Shown piece by piece: positions 21,766 to 31,853 of a stretch of 64,000 nucleotides of DNA. Numbering within the stretch: position 1 is the stretch's first letter; each line of letters starts with the position of its first letter. The DNA is from Paramoeba atlantica (lineage: Eukaryota; Protista; Discosea). A program made the translations under genes and the position numbers. The DNA lies in contig CDRNVI010000004.1 of NCBI GenBank assembly GCA_977017575.1, forward strand, positions 620,001-684,000. The letters run 5' to 3'. The notes beneath the pieces are model-generated. The model was not told the DNA's origin. It made no database searches and saw only the letters and a list, made by a program, of their open reading frames with translations.

Positions 21766-22502
21766 CACTATCATCCAGCTATAAGTCCCCCCCTTTATTT
21801 TCAGGTCACGCGTCCGTTTGACCTAATTCCAGCGGTAAACGAGAGATCTCGATCCCTAGCCTATCTTTGCCGGTCTTGGTTTTTAGAAACTTAATATACG
21901 CTTTTGGCACTCAAAATACTGGTCAAAAATGAGATTTTCCAATGTACAGTAAAATTTTCCCTTTTTTTCTCATTGACACTACCCTTTTTGTGCACATGGT
22001 GAGGAACCACAGGTCGAGTTACCTCAACTCGGAGCGTACGACGCTTGCAATGCGCGTGCCGCAAAAATGCGGTGCCTCCACCACTTTCATCTCCAAAACA
22101 TATAAAGTTGATAAAAATACCGTACGAAAAAGGGTAAAAATGTACGATGGAAAAAAAGGTGTTCAGAGTACTTAAAACGTATGAACAAGGTGCTGGAGAG
22201 CAGGGAGTGGAATACTGGATATTAAGCTTGTCTTTGTGTAAGCTTCTTTTCCTGCAGTGATTGCATTTATGGGGTTTTACCTGGTAAATATATCAAAAAA
22301 TGGAACATTTTTGTAAAAAAAATCATTTCTTCCGATCATTTTTTTCTAAAAAGAATTCAATCCTAATGAGTCGAAAAAAACCAGTTTAAAAGACGGGAAA
22401 CGCATCTATGTAAAATTCTCTACATGTTCAAATAAAAAAAGATGATAAAAAGCAGACCAGTTTTTCAAAAATCGAGGGGGGGCTTATAGCTGATTACTAG
22501 TG
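21766..22502 (+). mobile_element. Second, inverted copy of the 20073-20832 element
   Basis: TA|CACTATCATCCAGCTATAAGTCC ... GCTTATAGCTGATTACTAGTG|TA. Confidence 0.85.
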
Positions 22503-22648
22503 TAGAGCTAGAAGCGTACACCGAATTGGAAATTCCGCATAAAAATAATAAAAAAATGTAAACTTTTGCCTGTTTTTCTATCTCTCCCCACCGAAAATAC
22601 TAAATAGAAACCGCGGTCTCGGTCGAAGTACCCGCAGCCCCTCACATA

Positions 22649-22959
22649 CTCCCTCTGTCATTAATAATGATAATCTTAAAAAAAATATTCTATGTGGTGA
22701 AGACTCTTAAAAAATTATCAACTTATTTTCATGCACGCAGGATTTTCTTACAAAAAATTTTGTGTCTTAAAAAAAACGCTTTTTGAACTAAAAAACTATT
22801 GGTAAGGTGTCAAAATTTCGCTTTTTTGGCCTGAAAATCGTGTTTTTTTGTCGAAAACGATGTATTCCCCCAGCCATTAATAATGATAATGATAATAATA
22901 ATCTCAAAAAAATTAACATTCTTGAGGATTATCATTATCATTATTAATGACAGGGGGAG
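22649..22959. mobile_element. Stowaway-like MITE (311 bp)
   Basis: TA|CTCCCTCTGTCATTAATAATGATAAT ... ATTATCATTATTAATGACAGGGGGAG|TA. Confidence 0.8.
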
Positions 22960-22980
22960 TATTAAATATTAAAATATTTA

Positions 22981-23474
22981 CTGTACCCCCCCTTACTTAA
23001 TCGTGACCGCTTTCGTGAAAAAGGGCAATTAAATAGGGGGGTGCAAATTTTGAAGAAAGTAAGGGAAAAAAATGCTCATATACGATTGATTCGTTGTGAT
23101 AGAATGGCACACGTTCCATTTTTGTTGAACTGTTAATTGCGTATGGCATCGCTTATTGGTGGGAGAAGAAGTGGGGAAAATAGTGTAGCGGATTACAAGA
23201 ACTCCTTAATTCACATCGTACGGTACAGGCTTCTATCATCACGTCATCCAAGGTTCCTAACTACAAAAAGTGATGCGGTCACACATTTTACAGCCTGTGC
23301 AAGGAAACATGATAGAGCGGAGTCGTGTAAGTAGCAAAAATATGATGCTTAATCACTCCCTTGGAAAATACTGAAATTTTGTCTGCGCAACCACCGTGAA
23401 AAAAATTAAGTTTTTTTGGCGGTGAAAAAGGTTCCCTTTCACCGAAATTTGTGCATATTAAGGGGGTGTCACAG
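22981..23474. mobile_element. TA-flanked MITE-like element with imperfect ends
   Basis: TA|CTGTACCCCCCCTTAC ... TAAGGGGGTGTCACAG|TA. Confidence 0.5.
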
Positions 23475-23824
23475 TACTATCTGCATATCTACATGTTGAT
23501 ACATACATGTTGATATTCTCTGCGCATAAAGAAGTGTGTAAAAGCCAATTAATCATTAATTTCCGCTTAAATCCGAAGATAATCCCCAGTGAATACGGCT
23601 GTGGATATACTGTAGTACTGTGATCCCCCTTTTAATGCGGAATTTTTTGAATTTTTTTGGAAAAGAATTGGAAAAAGTTTCAATTTTCATTTTTCTCTTT
23701 CATTTTTTAGATTTTCATTGTTCGAGAGCACGACTCAAAGGGTTGTTTGTCAGCCGAATGATCGCTTTTGCCCCAAGTCCGTTCTCCGTTGAGATCTGTA
23801 TCCGGCTACAGAAGTGATACCGTA

Positions 23825-25066
23825 TTAGACTTTAAAAACCTGGTTTGCGGTGCTCCTATGTGCGGCCGTCAGTAGAGGTTCCAAAAAATATGTTTTACCG
23901 CGGCACTTTTTATCGGAGCATAGCCAACGCTCTTCCTTAAGAGTACATACCCGTGGCTCATGACCTTTCGAACAAGTAACGGCCTCATACATAAGAGCAT
24001 GATTTTTTATCCGGAATATGATGCTGTCTTGCGTTGCCATACAAAGCAAAGTATAGGACCACTTTAAGTGGTCCTGATAAGTGACTTATCAGTGCATGAA
24101 AAATCGGAGCAGCTCGGGCAACCCATTTAAGGTAATAATATTTAAGAACACGTTTTTAAGAAAACACTCGCTCCCGCGCAACCACCCTCGCCCCGCCCAG
24201 ATCCCCCTCCCCGTTAGCTTCCACCGCCATTTGGTCTTCGCTTTCGCTGTCGCTGTCACCACTTTCTGATGTCAATTCAATGTTTTCGATGTCTCTTACA
24301 CTCTTCATAGCAGACGAATTTGCTTGGAAACGCTGTTGCTAGGTTCTTTTCTTAAACAGTAGCGTATACAGCGATATTATTTTATCTGCTTCCTTAGGTA
24401 GCATGGACATTCTTCCCTGTTTCAGAACCATACGTTTTATAGCGGAGTGACATGATTCAGCGTTGTTAGTGTGAACACCGTCCTCCGTTACGAAACGAAA
24501 CTTAACCTTTCTACTATGATTCACCGTTTTGTGGTTTCTAGTGCGTTTTAAATCTCTATAGCTCGTAAATTGGTCTGTTAACACAAGAGTTCGTATGCTG
24601 TCGATTGTATGTTTGGCAAATGGAGAACTTGTATGTTCTCCAGTGTTGCCTTGTCTCTGGTTTTTACTCTTGTCCAAATTGTGGAGGAACATTTCCCATC
24701 TCGTTCAATGCCTGTCACAGTAACCATCCAAAATGATTTTCCCCGGGCCCTGCGTCCACGGTAGTATTTTCGTTTAAAGAAGTAGGTTTCATCTATAGCA
24801 CAGTGTGAAAATTTGGTGTTTTCGTTTCTATATTTCACAGCCTTTATCCATCCCACTAGTTCTTTCTTCCACTTATAGACTGTATTTTTATTGTCTTCAC
24901 ACTGCGACGCTGCCGCTTCAGAATCGACACGTTGAGACAACTTGATCCAATAGCGAAACTTGTACGGCAGCTTTTGCTTGGCGGAAAAGAAAGGTGTGAG
25001 TCTTGAAAGTCGTCTACGGCAATTTGCTCCATTCTTCATTCTAATCTTTTGTCGACAGATAGTCAA
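23825..25066 (-). pseudogene. Merlin (IS1595/ISXO2-like) transposase remnants: one frameshifted core plus a separate N-terminal zinc-ribbon piece
   Basis: AIDETYFFKRKYYRGR, LTDQFTSY, HKTVNHS, GVHTNNAES; CSKGH...WLCSDKKC at 24049-23825. Confidence 0.85.
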
Positions 25067-25069
25067 ATA

Positions 25070-25911
25070 CTGTACCCCCCTAGTTATCTGTCACCCCCCC
25101 CCGCCCCCCCTAGTTATCTGTCGCTTTTCGGTCCTTCGAATATTTTTTTTCGTCGACCACCCCCCCTAGTTATCTGTCGCCTTTCTAAACTAAATGAAAA
25201 ATTTATAAAATTAGAAGCGAAACTTCAATTTTTTTCTATTCTGCTTTTAGGTTAATGGTTTTGCGTGGAGTTCTATGGTTAAAATTGGAAAACAAGAGTC
25301 GGAGCTCGTTATCCCGTCCATCATCCCCTTTATCATTCCCTTCTTTCAATTTAAAGATCGTCTATGTGAACATTTGAAAATGGACTCTTCGCCGTATTTA
25401 ATAGTGCCAATGTGTTGTCCACAGCAAGGTTCTGGTGAAAACAGTTGTGCAATTCACGTGGTAAATAATATGTATCGCACCTTATTTGAAAACCGTGATA
25501 TTGACATTCTTAAAGAATGTCATAGTGTCTTAAAGAATGATTCTTTCCGTCGTGACCTTTGTGAAAATTGGAGTCCGATAGCTCCCGATGTTCTACTTTA
25601 GCCCATATATGAAACGTAATTAGTATTTTAACCCAATAAAATGTGTGTGAATTACTCTCTGGGCTTATTTTAACCCGTAGGCGCATGCCTTCAGCTTGTA
25701 GTGCCCCATTGGGGTAGAAAGGAATTTTCCTAGGCAATAAAGATACCGTTTCAGTAACATTTCGTTCCCTCGCTTTTTTTTGGCGACGGACCCCCCTAGT
25801 TATCTGACGCACTTTGACCCCCCTAGTTATCTGTCGCACCCCTACCCCCCCCCTAGTTATCTGTCACCTTTTCTCGAAAAGTAGCGACAGATAACTAGGG
25901 GGGGGGTACAG
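25070..25911. mobile_element. TA-flanked non-autonomous element with repeated CCCCCCTAGTTATCTGTC motifs, inserted into the Merlin ORF
   Basis: TA|CTGTACCCCCCTAGTTATCTGTC ... GACAGATAACTAGGGGGGGGGTACAG|TA; three direct motif copies near each end. Confidence 0.85.
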
Positions 25912-26384
25912 TACTTGTTCTTCTTGTGAACACTCCCTGGAAGATGATGCATACTGCAGATCCCATCTTTCACGATTCCATGAGACTTCAGAAAGCTGGA
26001 AAAGTCACGAGGGATATCAGAATCGTTTTTCCATGTGCGGACACATCGAAGATCAGAACAAACACAAGGTGGGATAGTGAAAAACGCGCGGTAAAAAGTC
26101 AACTTATGTGAGTCTTAGCAACAAAATACAATAATACTTCATTATCTGTTGATATATTCATTTTTGCCCGCAAAGGAGACAAAAAACGTGTAAAAAACGA
26201 AAAAGAAATCGGGATACAATATAAATAGGATTCAACCGGGGGTTCTATTACTGGGAGGCATATTATTGGGGGGTCTATTACACGTGGGTTTACTGTATAC
26301 CGTTACCCCCCCTTACTTCGCCTCCCCCTTTACTTCACCACATTTAGTCACTGGACGTGTGGTGAAGTAAGGGGGGTGTCAGAT

Positions 26385-26480
26385 TCTCCAGACAACTTAC
26401 CACCTCTTTACACAGCCGGAGGGGTGCACTGCAACCGACTGTAGCATCGGGGTAAGGCGAGGCAGGGCAGTGGTCTTCAA
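26385..26480 (-). mobile_element. Partial copy of the structured core of the SL-headed element
   Basis: Reverse complement CCCTTTGAAGACCACTG..CTGCCTCGC...GTCGGTTGCAGTGCACCCCTCCGGCTGTGTAAAGAGGTGGTAAGTTGTCTGGA matches 29356-29460. Confidence 0.8.
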
Positions 26481-27327
26481 AGGGGGGGACACAGATGGCG
26501 CACAAAGATCGATGCACAAAGGTTCTTGGTGCAACTTTCTTGGTGAAGACGACGCCGTCATACCGGGATTTTAAGCCACAGTCCGGTTTAACGTTCCGGG
26601 GGGAATGTTAACGGCTACAGGAATGCTACGTAGCTGCAGGAATGATAACTTTTGAAGATTGTCTTGGGTTCGTCGACGCAACGGGTTAGTAGCAGCACGT
26701 TGTTGCTGCCTTGTACCAACGAAAACAGTTAGAGGACTTCGGCCTCGAAAGTTTCAAATCTATCTGTGAAGGGTCTGGCCTGCCAGTGATCAATCGGAGC
26801 AATCCGGAATGACTTAGATTCGTTGAACCATTTCTAATTCAGAACAATTTTCTTCCATGTCAGTTTCATCATCGCTTTGATTATAAAGTTGCGCCACAGT
26901 GTTTTGTAGTTCTAAAATTTAAGTTGATATTCAATAGGTTATATTCTGCGACAACATTTAAATTTTACGATGTAAGAAAATTTCATGGGGGGAAAGTTAA
27001 AAATGCATGGGACATCGTAGACAAACTAAAAGAAACATAAAATATTAAATGTGCAACACGAGGTATTACAACAAATGCATCTCTTAAAAACACGTATCAT
27101 CCAAAAACATGTATCAGCCAAGACCCTGAATATATCGTTCAAAAACCTTTATCTTCCAAATTATTTATCGTCCAAAGAATATGTACCATCTAAGACATGT
27201 ATATCAGTTATTATGGGGTGTCAGTCGCAAGCTTCACATTCCCGGTAACGATCCTTTCTTGGTTGACCATTTGCATGGTTCTAAGCCAGAGCGCCACGGC
27301 AAGGCGAAGGATCCAGCTCTGGTTACA

Positions 27328-28291
27328 ATTCAAGAAGTAGAGACGTACCCAACGTCATTAAGGGGTAAAAATGTCATTTAGGGGTAAAGTTCCCCGTTTT
27401 TCACCTATAATTTCTTTACGATTTGCTGGGCTTTCTTGTACGTTTGTGTCACACAAAGTCTACTTTGTTGAACGCAGCTCTCTCTCTTTTACCCTGTCTT
27501 TCTACTTGTAATGTTTTCACGTGCACTTCCAAACCTCACCAAGAACATCGCAAAGCTTCGTCGTAAAGTTATCAAGAAGCCGTGGGCTGGAAACTCAGCA
27601 CCGACAAGTGCGCTGCGTGTATTTATAGCAAAGTCATGCAAAGGTAAAAAGGGATACCCAGATCTCGCCGGACTTCATGCCGCTTTTAAAAAGTTACCTC
27701 CTGCTCAAGTCCGGTCCTTGGATAAGATTGCTGCCCAGAATATGAAACAGAAAACAGCGCTCAGAGCACAAGTGAAAAGCGCACGCTACCTTCCTTATAG
27801 CTTGTTCTTAAAGCGTACCATGCCAGCAATATACCAGGCAGAGAAGGGAACCCACAAGAATCATAAGGCATGTTTTCTCGCGGCGGTAAAGAAGGTGTCT
27901 GCCAAGTATAAGAAGCTGTCAGCCGCTGAACGCAAAGCACTTTCAGATGAAGCAGCACGACTCCGCAAGAAGGGCAAAGCATTCATTGAAACGCTGGTAG
28001 AGAAGAAAAGGTAGGGTAAAAAGGTAAAATGTTTTTAAATATGGTTGATAAAATAGAAATATTATATAACAAATACTAGAATACCTATCATTGTAGCTAT
28101 TTTATATATTTTTTGTAATATGTTCGCGCTGCAAATACACATATTTGCACCTCCACGTATAGGATCATTATCATTTACTAATAGATTTTTTTCGTACAAA
28201 AAAAATGAATTTACATGCACAGGATTTAGTCTGTTAAAAACCCCGCATGTGCGGGTTAGAGAAAATGGATAGAGCAAGTACGTCTGTAAAT
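27328..28291 (+). repeat. Second copy of the KAP-containing duplicated block
   Basis: Near-identical to 4553-5534. Confidence 0.95.
27511..28014 (+). CDS. KAP-like tandem HMG-box protein, paralog 2
   Basis: 167 aa, 152/167 identical to 4742-5245 by manual comparison. Confidence 0.7.
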   Translation: MFSRALPNLTKNIAKLRRKVIKKPWAGNSAPTSALRVFIAKSCKGKKGYPDLAGLHAAFKKLPPAQVRSLDKIAAQNMKQKTALRAQVKSARYLPYSLFLKRTMPAIYQAEKGTHKNHKACFLAAVKKVSAKYKKLSAAERKALSDEAARLRKKGKAFIETLVEKKR

Positions 28292-29080
28292 GTGATTAGA
28301 AAATATTTTGTTAGATACATTAGATAATATTTTTATTTACAATGTACAATAATACCAATGTTAATTTTTGTATTTCTCCTATTTATTTGTGAATTTCGAT
28401 TGTTTTCATTTCTCCACACTAGTTAGCAATTGTCACCATGTACCGGGTAATTACCCGATTTACTCTGTTAGGTATGTATTCTGTAAAGCCTAATAAAGCA
28501 GGTTATCTTCCTTACTAATGGTATGAAAAGTATTCTATTGATTTGGTTATTCGTGAAAATGTTCAGACCTACCCAAAACGCCGCACCCTTTTGTGCAGTG
28601 GTTAATACAAAGGATGTTTCCAACGTGAATCCTGGAACTCGACTACCCAGCAAAGTGCGAGGAGCGAATTTGCCACAGGAGTATGAACTCGCACGATTCA
28701 TCGAAAATATTACGAACCCGCATGCCACCTGGACCTCATCAACCCCTGCGTGTGAGTGGCAAAATGTATTCTGTCAAGACGACACATACGTTGTGGTGCT
28801 CGAGTGGGATTGTTTACGTTTATCGGGATCAGTTCAGTGGATGTGGCTTCCGAAAACAGTATTGAGCTGTGATTTTTCAGGTAACAATCTTTCTGGAACA
28901 ATACCGTTTGAAGTTTTACCCCAAGGTCTCGCGTCACTAAATGTCGGTTCCAATAAATTTTTCGGTGTACTCGACTTGAGCCATATAGTAAGTGAATTGG
29001 ACAAATTGTATTTGGGTGATAACAAGTTTCAGGGCTGTGTAGATCTCACCCATCTTCCTGAAACGTTACATGAATTAAGA

Positions 29081-29114
29081 GATCTTATAAAGATACAGTT
29101 TCTGTACCTTGTTG
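29081..29114 (+). ncRNA. Spliced-leader exon-like sequence followed by a GTA donor-like trinucleotide
   Basis: ATAAAGATACAGTTTCTGTACCTTGTTG|GTACAT. Confidence 0.8.
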
Positions 29115-29670
29115 GTACATTTTCCCTTTAGTTCATCTTTTCTTTCCCCGGCAACGGGCATAATCTTACTGTTTTATATGCCCGTTGCCGGCCGGCACTA
29201 AGGCCGAAACTGTCCCTCTTTCTCGGCGAAGTAGGGGACGCGCTTCCACCCCATCACCCCTCCCCGGCTCACTCCTTGAGTGGGTTTTCTTCCCTCCCCG
29301 GCTTTCTTCCCTTCGCGCCCTTTTCTTCCCGGGGAGCCATGCGCCATGGTGGCCTCCCTTGAGGACCACTGGGCGTGGCTCTGCCTCGCATTATCGCGAG
29401 GCAGCGGTCGGTTGCAGTGCGCCCCTCCGGCTGCGTAAAGAGGTGGTGAGTTGCCTGGACCACCTCTACCGACTGGGACCGAGTCGGTTGCAGTGCGCCC
29501 CTCCGGCTGCGTAAAGAGAGGGCGAGTTGCCTGGACCCCCTCTACCGACAGAGTCCGAGCTAAACCCCCTTGGTGCGACATCCGTCAATACGGATTGTGC
29601 CGATGATATCGGCTGTCGCATCCAGGGCTGTATCTCTGCGCCAACGAGCGCATGAACATCAAAATCAAAA
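29081..29670 (+). mobile_element. SL-headed, non-coding, structured SINE-like insertion
   Basis: Starts GATCTTATAAAGATACAGTTTCTGTACCTTGTTG|GTAC, many perfect stems, two 76-nt tandem units, A-rich end ATCAAAATCAAAA, related copies at 71 and 26385. Confidence 0.85.
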
Positions 29671-30547
29671 CTTCAATACAATTCTCTTTCCGGAGATGTC
29701 GATCTCCGTAGTTTGCCTCAGTGGCTACGGCGCCTCGTGTTGGGTTTCAATAAGTTTACAGGACCACTTCACCTAACGCGTTTACCTTCGTCGCTCCGAG
29801 AACTCTACTGCGATCACAACTACTTTTCTGGTCCTGTACAGCTAGATCGTCTTCCCAATCGATTAATAAAATTGTTCCTTGATAGCAACTCGGAGTTGAG
29901 TGGTAAGATTGACAAGGCTGATTTTCCTCCGTCACTGGGCGACTTTCGATACACCGACACAAAAATATGCCATGTCTCATAAATTTATTTATCATGACAT
30001 TTGTATTTTATTTTGTAAAGCTTTGTCTTTCATTTTTATCTCATTTTATCTACTAAAAACGCCAATTGAATTTGTGCAGATCATCTCAATTAGAATATGA
30101 ATTGGAGTTTACAGCCTTGGTCTTATCGTAATCTTCGTATTTAGACTTAATTTGGTGGAGTAAATAAATGAATTATTTGAGTTACTGTCACCCAATCCAT
30201 CGTGTTTAGTTTCTGAGTTCAACCATGTTCAAACCATGTTGTCGTTCCCCTCGCATTGTTGGATGGCGTCCTCCTCTGCAACGGGTAATCATTTATTTAA
30301 TGTGCACGGAGGGAACACTCTACAGTACAAGTACATTGACCATAGAGTATCGTATTCTTGCTCCATTTTTATCCGGAGCTGCCTACGGGCGAGTCTTCTC
30401 ATTCTGTGACTAGTTAAACTTCTCGATGGTAGTTTTTTGAGTTTCATGTAATTTTTTACTTATTTTTACCCTTGTTTTTGTAGGAGGGCTGAAACCCTGG
30501 GAAATGAATATAAGTTCTTGTTTCTCTACCATACTTAATATTTTTAG

Positions 30548-31300
30548 ATGATTATCGCCCTCGCAGACATAAAACTGGGTAAGGTGCGGGGCTCTATATT
30601 GTCCCCGGAAATACAGCTCAGCCAAGTTGTATCTTTGATCCATAATCCGGATCAAACTTGGAGTGTAGAGCAAGACGTCTGCGAATGGAATGGTGTCGTG
30701 TGTAGTGATGAAGGAGAAATTTGTCACATACGTTGGCAAAGTCAAGATCTCAGTGGATCCATTCTATGGAGCGCACTGCCTCACTCTCTCCAAGGAATCA
30801 GCTTAGAGAAAAACAAACTTTCAGGCACGGTGGCATGGGATCATTTACCTGCTTCATTGCACATAATCGATCTAGGGGTAAACCAATTCGTGGGAACAAT
30901 GTCCATTGGGGAACTGCCCAGGAGTTTGGTGTTCTTGTCTCTGTGCTGGAACGGGTTTGAGGGCACTGTAGACTTGACCGTCCTACCCCCCGGTTTACTA
31001 GATGTACAATTACATTGGAATAAATTATATGGAAATTTGGATCTTTCGGGACTGCCGCGGAAATTGCGTTGGCTTTACCTGAGCCAAAATAGGTTTACTG
31101 GGACCGTTGACTTGGAACATCTACCTGACAAGTTGTCTCGGCTGGATATGGAAAGCAATGCTTTTGAAGGGACAGTACGTCTTGGCTCCCTACCAGAAGC
31201 TTTGGAATCTATCGACATATCCGACAACTGCTTTTCACAGATTTTGCCTCAGCCTCCACCGCGTGTGGTTAACGTTGGAATACAACGAGGTCCAAAGTGA
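30548..31300 (+). CDS. LRR family protein, 250 aa
   Basis: LGKVRG, VCEWNGVVC, LRR units. Confidence 0.9.
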   Translation: MIIALADIKLGKVRGSILSPEIQLSQVVSLIHNPDQTWSVEQDVCEWNGVVCSDEGEICHIRWQSQDLSGSILWSALPHSLQGISLEKNKLSGTVAWDHLPASLHIIDLGVNQFVGTMSIGELPRSLVFLSLCWNGFEGTVDLTVLPPGLLDVQLHWNKLYGNLDLSGLPRKLRWLYLSQNRFTGTVDLEHLPDKLSRLDMESNAFEGTVRLGSLPEALESIDISDNCFSQILPQPPPRVVNVGIQRGPK

Positions 31301-31853
31301 GTTATTCATTTAAAGAAACCTAGAGTAAGTTACTCTGAGTAACCAACATTAATACATGTACCCCCTTATGCAGGGGGTATGTACCCTCCTTTATAGACTC
31401 TAGAAGTCTCATAACTCTAAAGTGTTATGAAGCAATGCATGTACATGACATTTGTGAACGTTGTAACTGCCTATTGTTCCGGAAATGTGTTGAAATGTGT
31501 TTTGTAAATGTTCAAACTACATATTTTCTTCAAAAATAAATAGAAAAATAAATGACAAAAAATTACCAGTTTAAATTCTAGGGTACATTTTTGCCGAAAT
31601 ACTACCTTTTATTTTGTATCATATATTTTCTGGCATCATTCACTATGGTAGGCCTAATTCATGGGTTCAAATAAGATGTACATCAGACGTACCGTCCCCG
31701 ACATGGACGTACGTTTCGTCAGAAAAGGGGTTTCTTCAAGAAGATCTCACGTGCATTGTTGCTCTCTTAGCAATGCCCCGCAAAATTCGAACCGAGTCCT
31801 ATTTTCCCTTCATTCTAATAAGATTAGAATTTATTTTAAAATTACCGAATATA

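Larger units (their letters stand above)
28523..29982 (+). pseudogene. LRR family gene interrupted by a 590-bp insertion (29081-29670)
   Basis: Removing 29081-29670 restores LPETLHELR-LQYNSLSGDVDLRSLPQW in exact 23-aa repeat register. Confidence 0.9.

Noticed and set aside
29180-29215. Hammerhead ribozyme around GGCC..GGCC-GAAAC
   Set aside because: No CUGANGA core upstream in either copy; CTGATGA near 36392 likewise lacks a matching GAAA and stems
29081-29220. Functional SL RNA gene
   Set aside because: After GTAC the sequence is pyrimidine-rich with no recognisable SL intron stems or Sm site, it is not in a tandem array, and it interrupts a protein gene
29120-29670. 5S rRNA, 7SL or tRNA gene linked to the SL copy
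   Set aside because: No match by eye to 5S, 7SL or canonical tRNA T-loop and D-loop signatures
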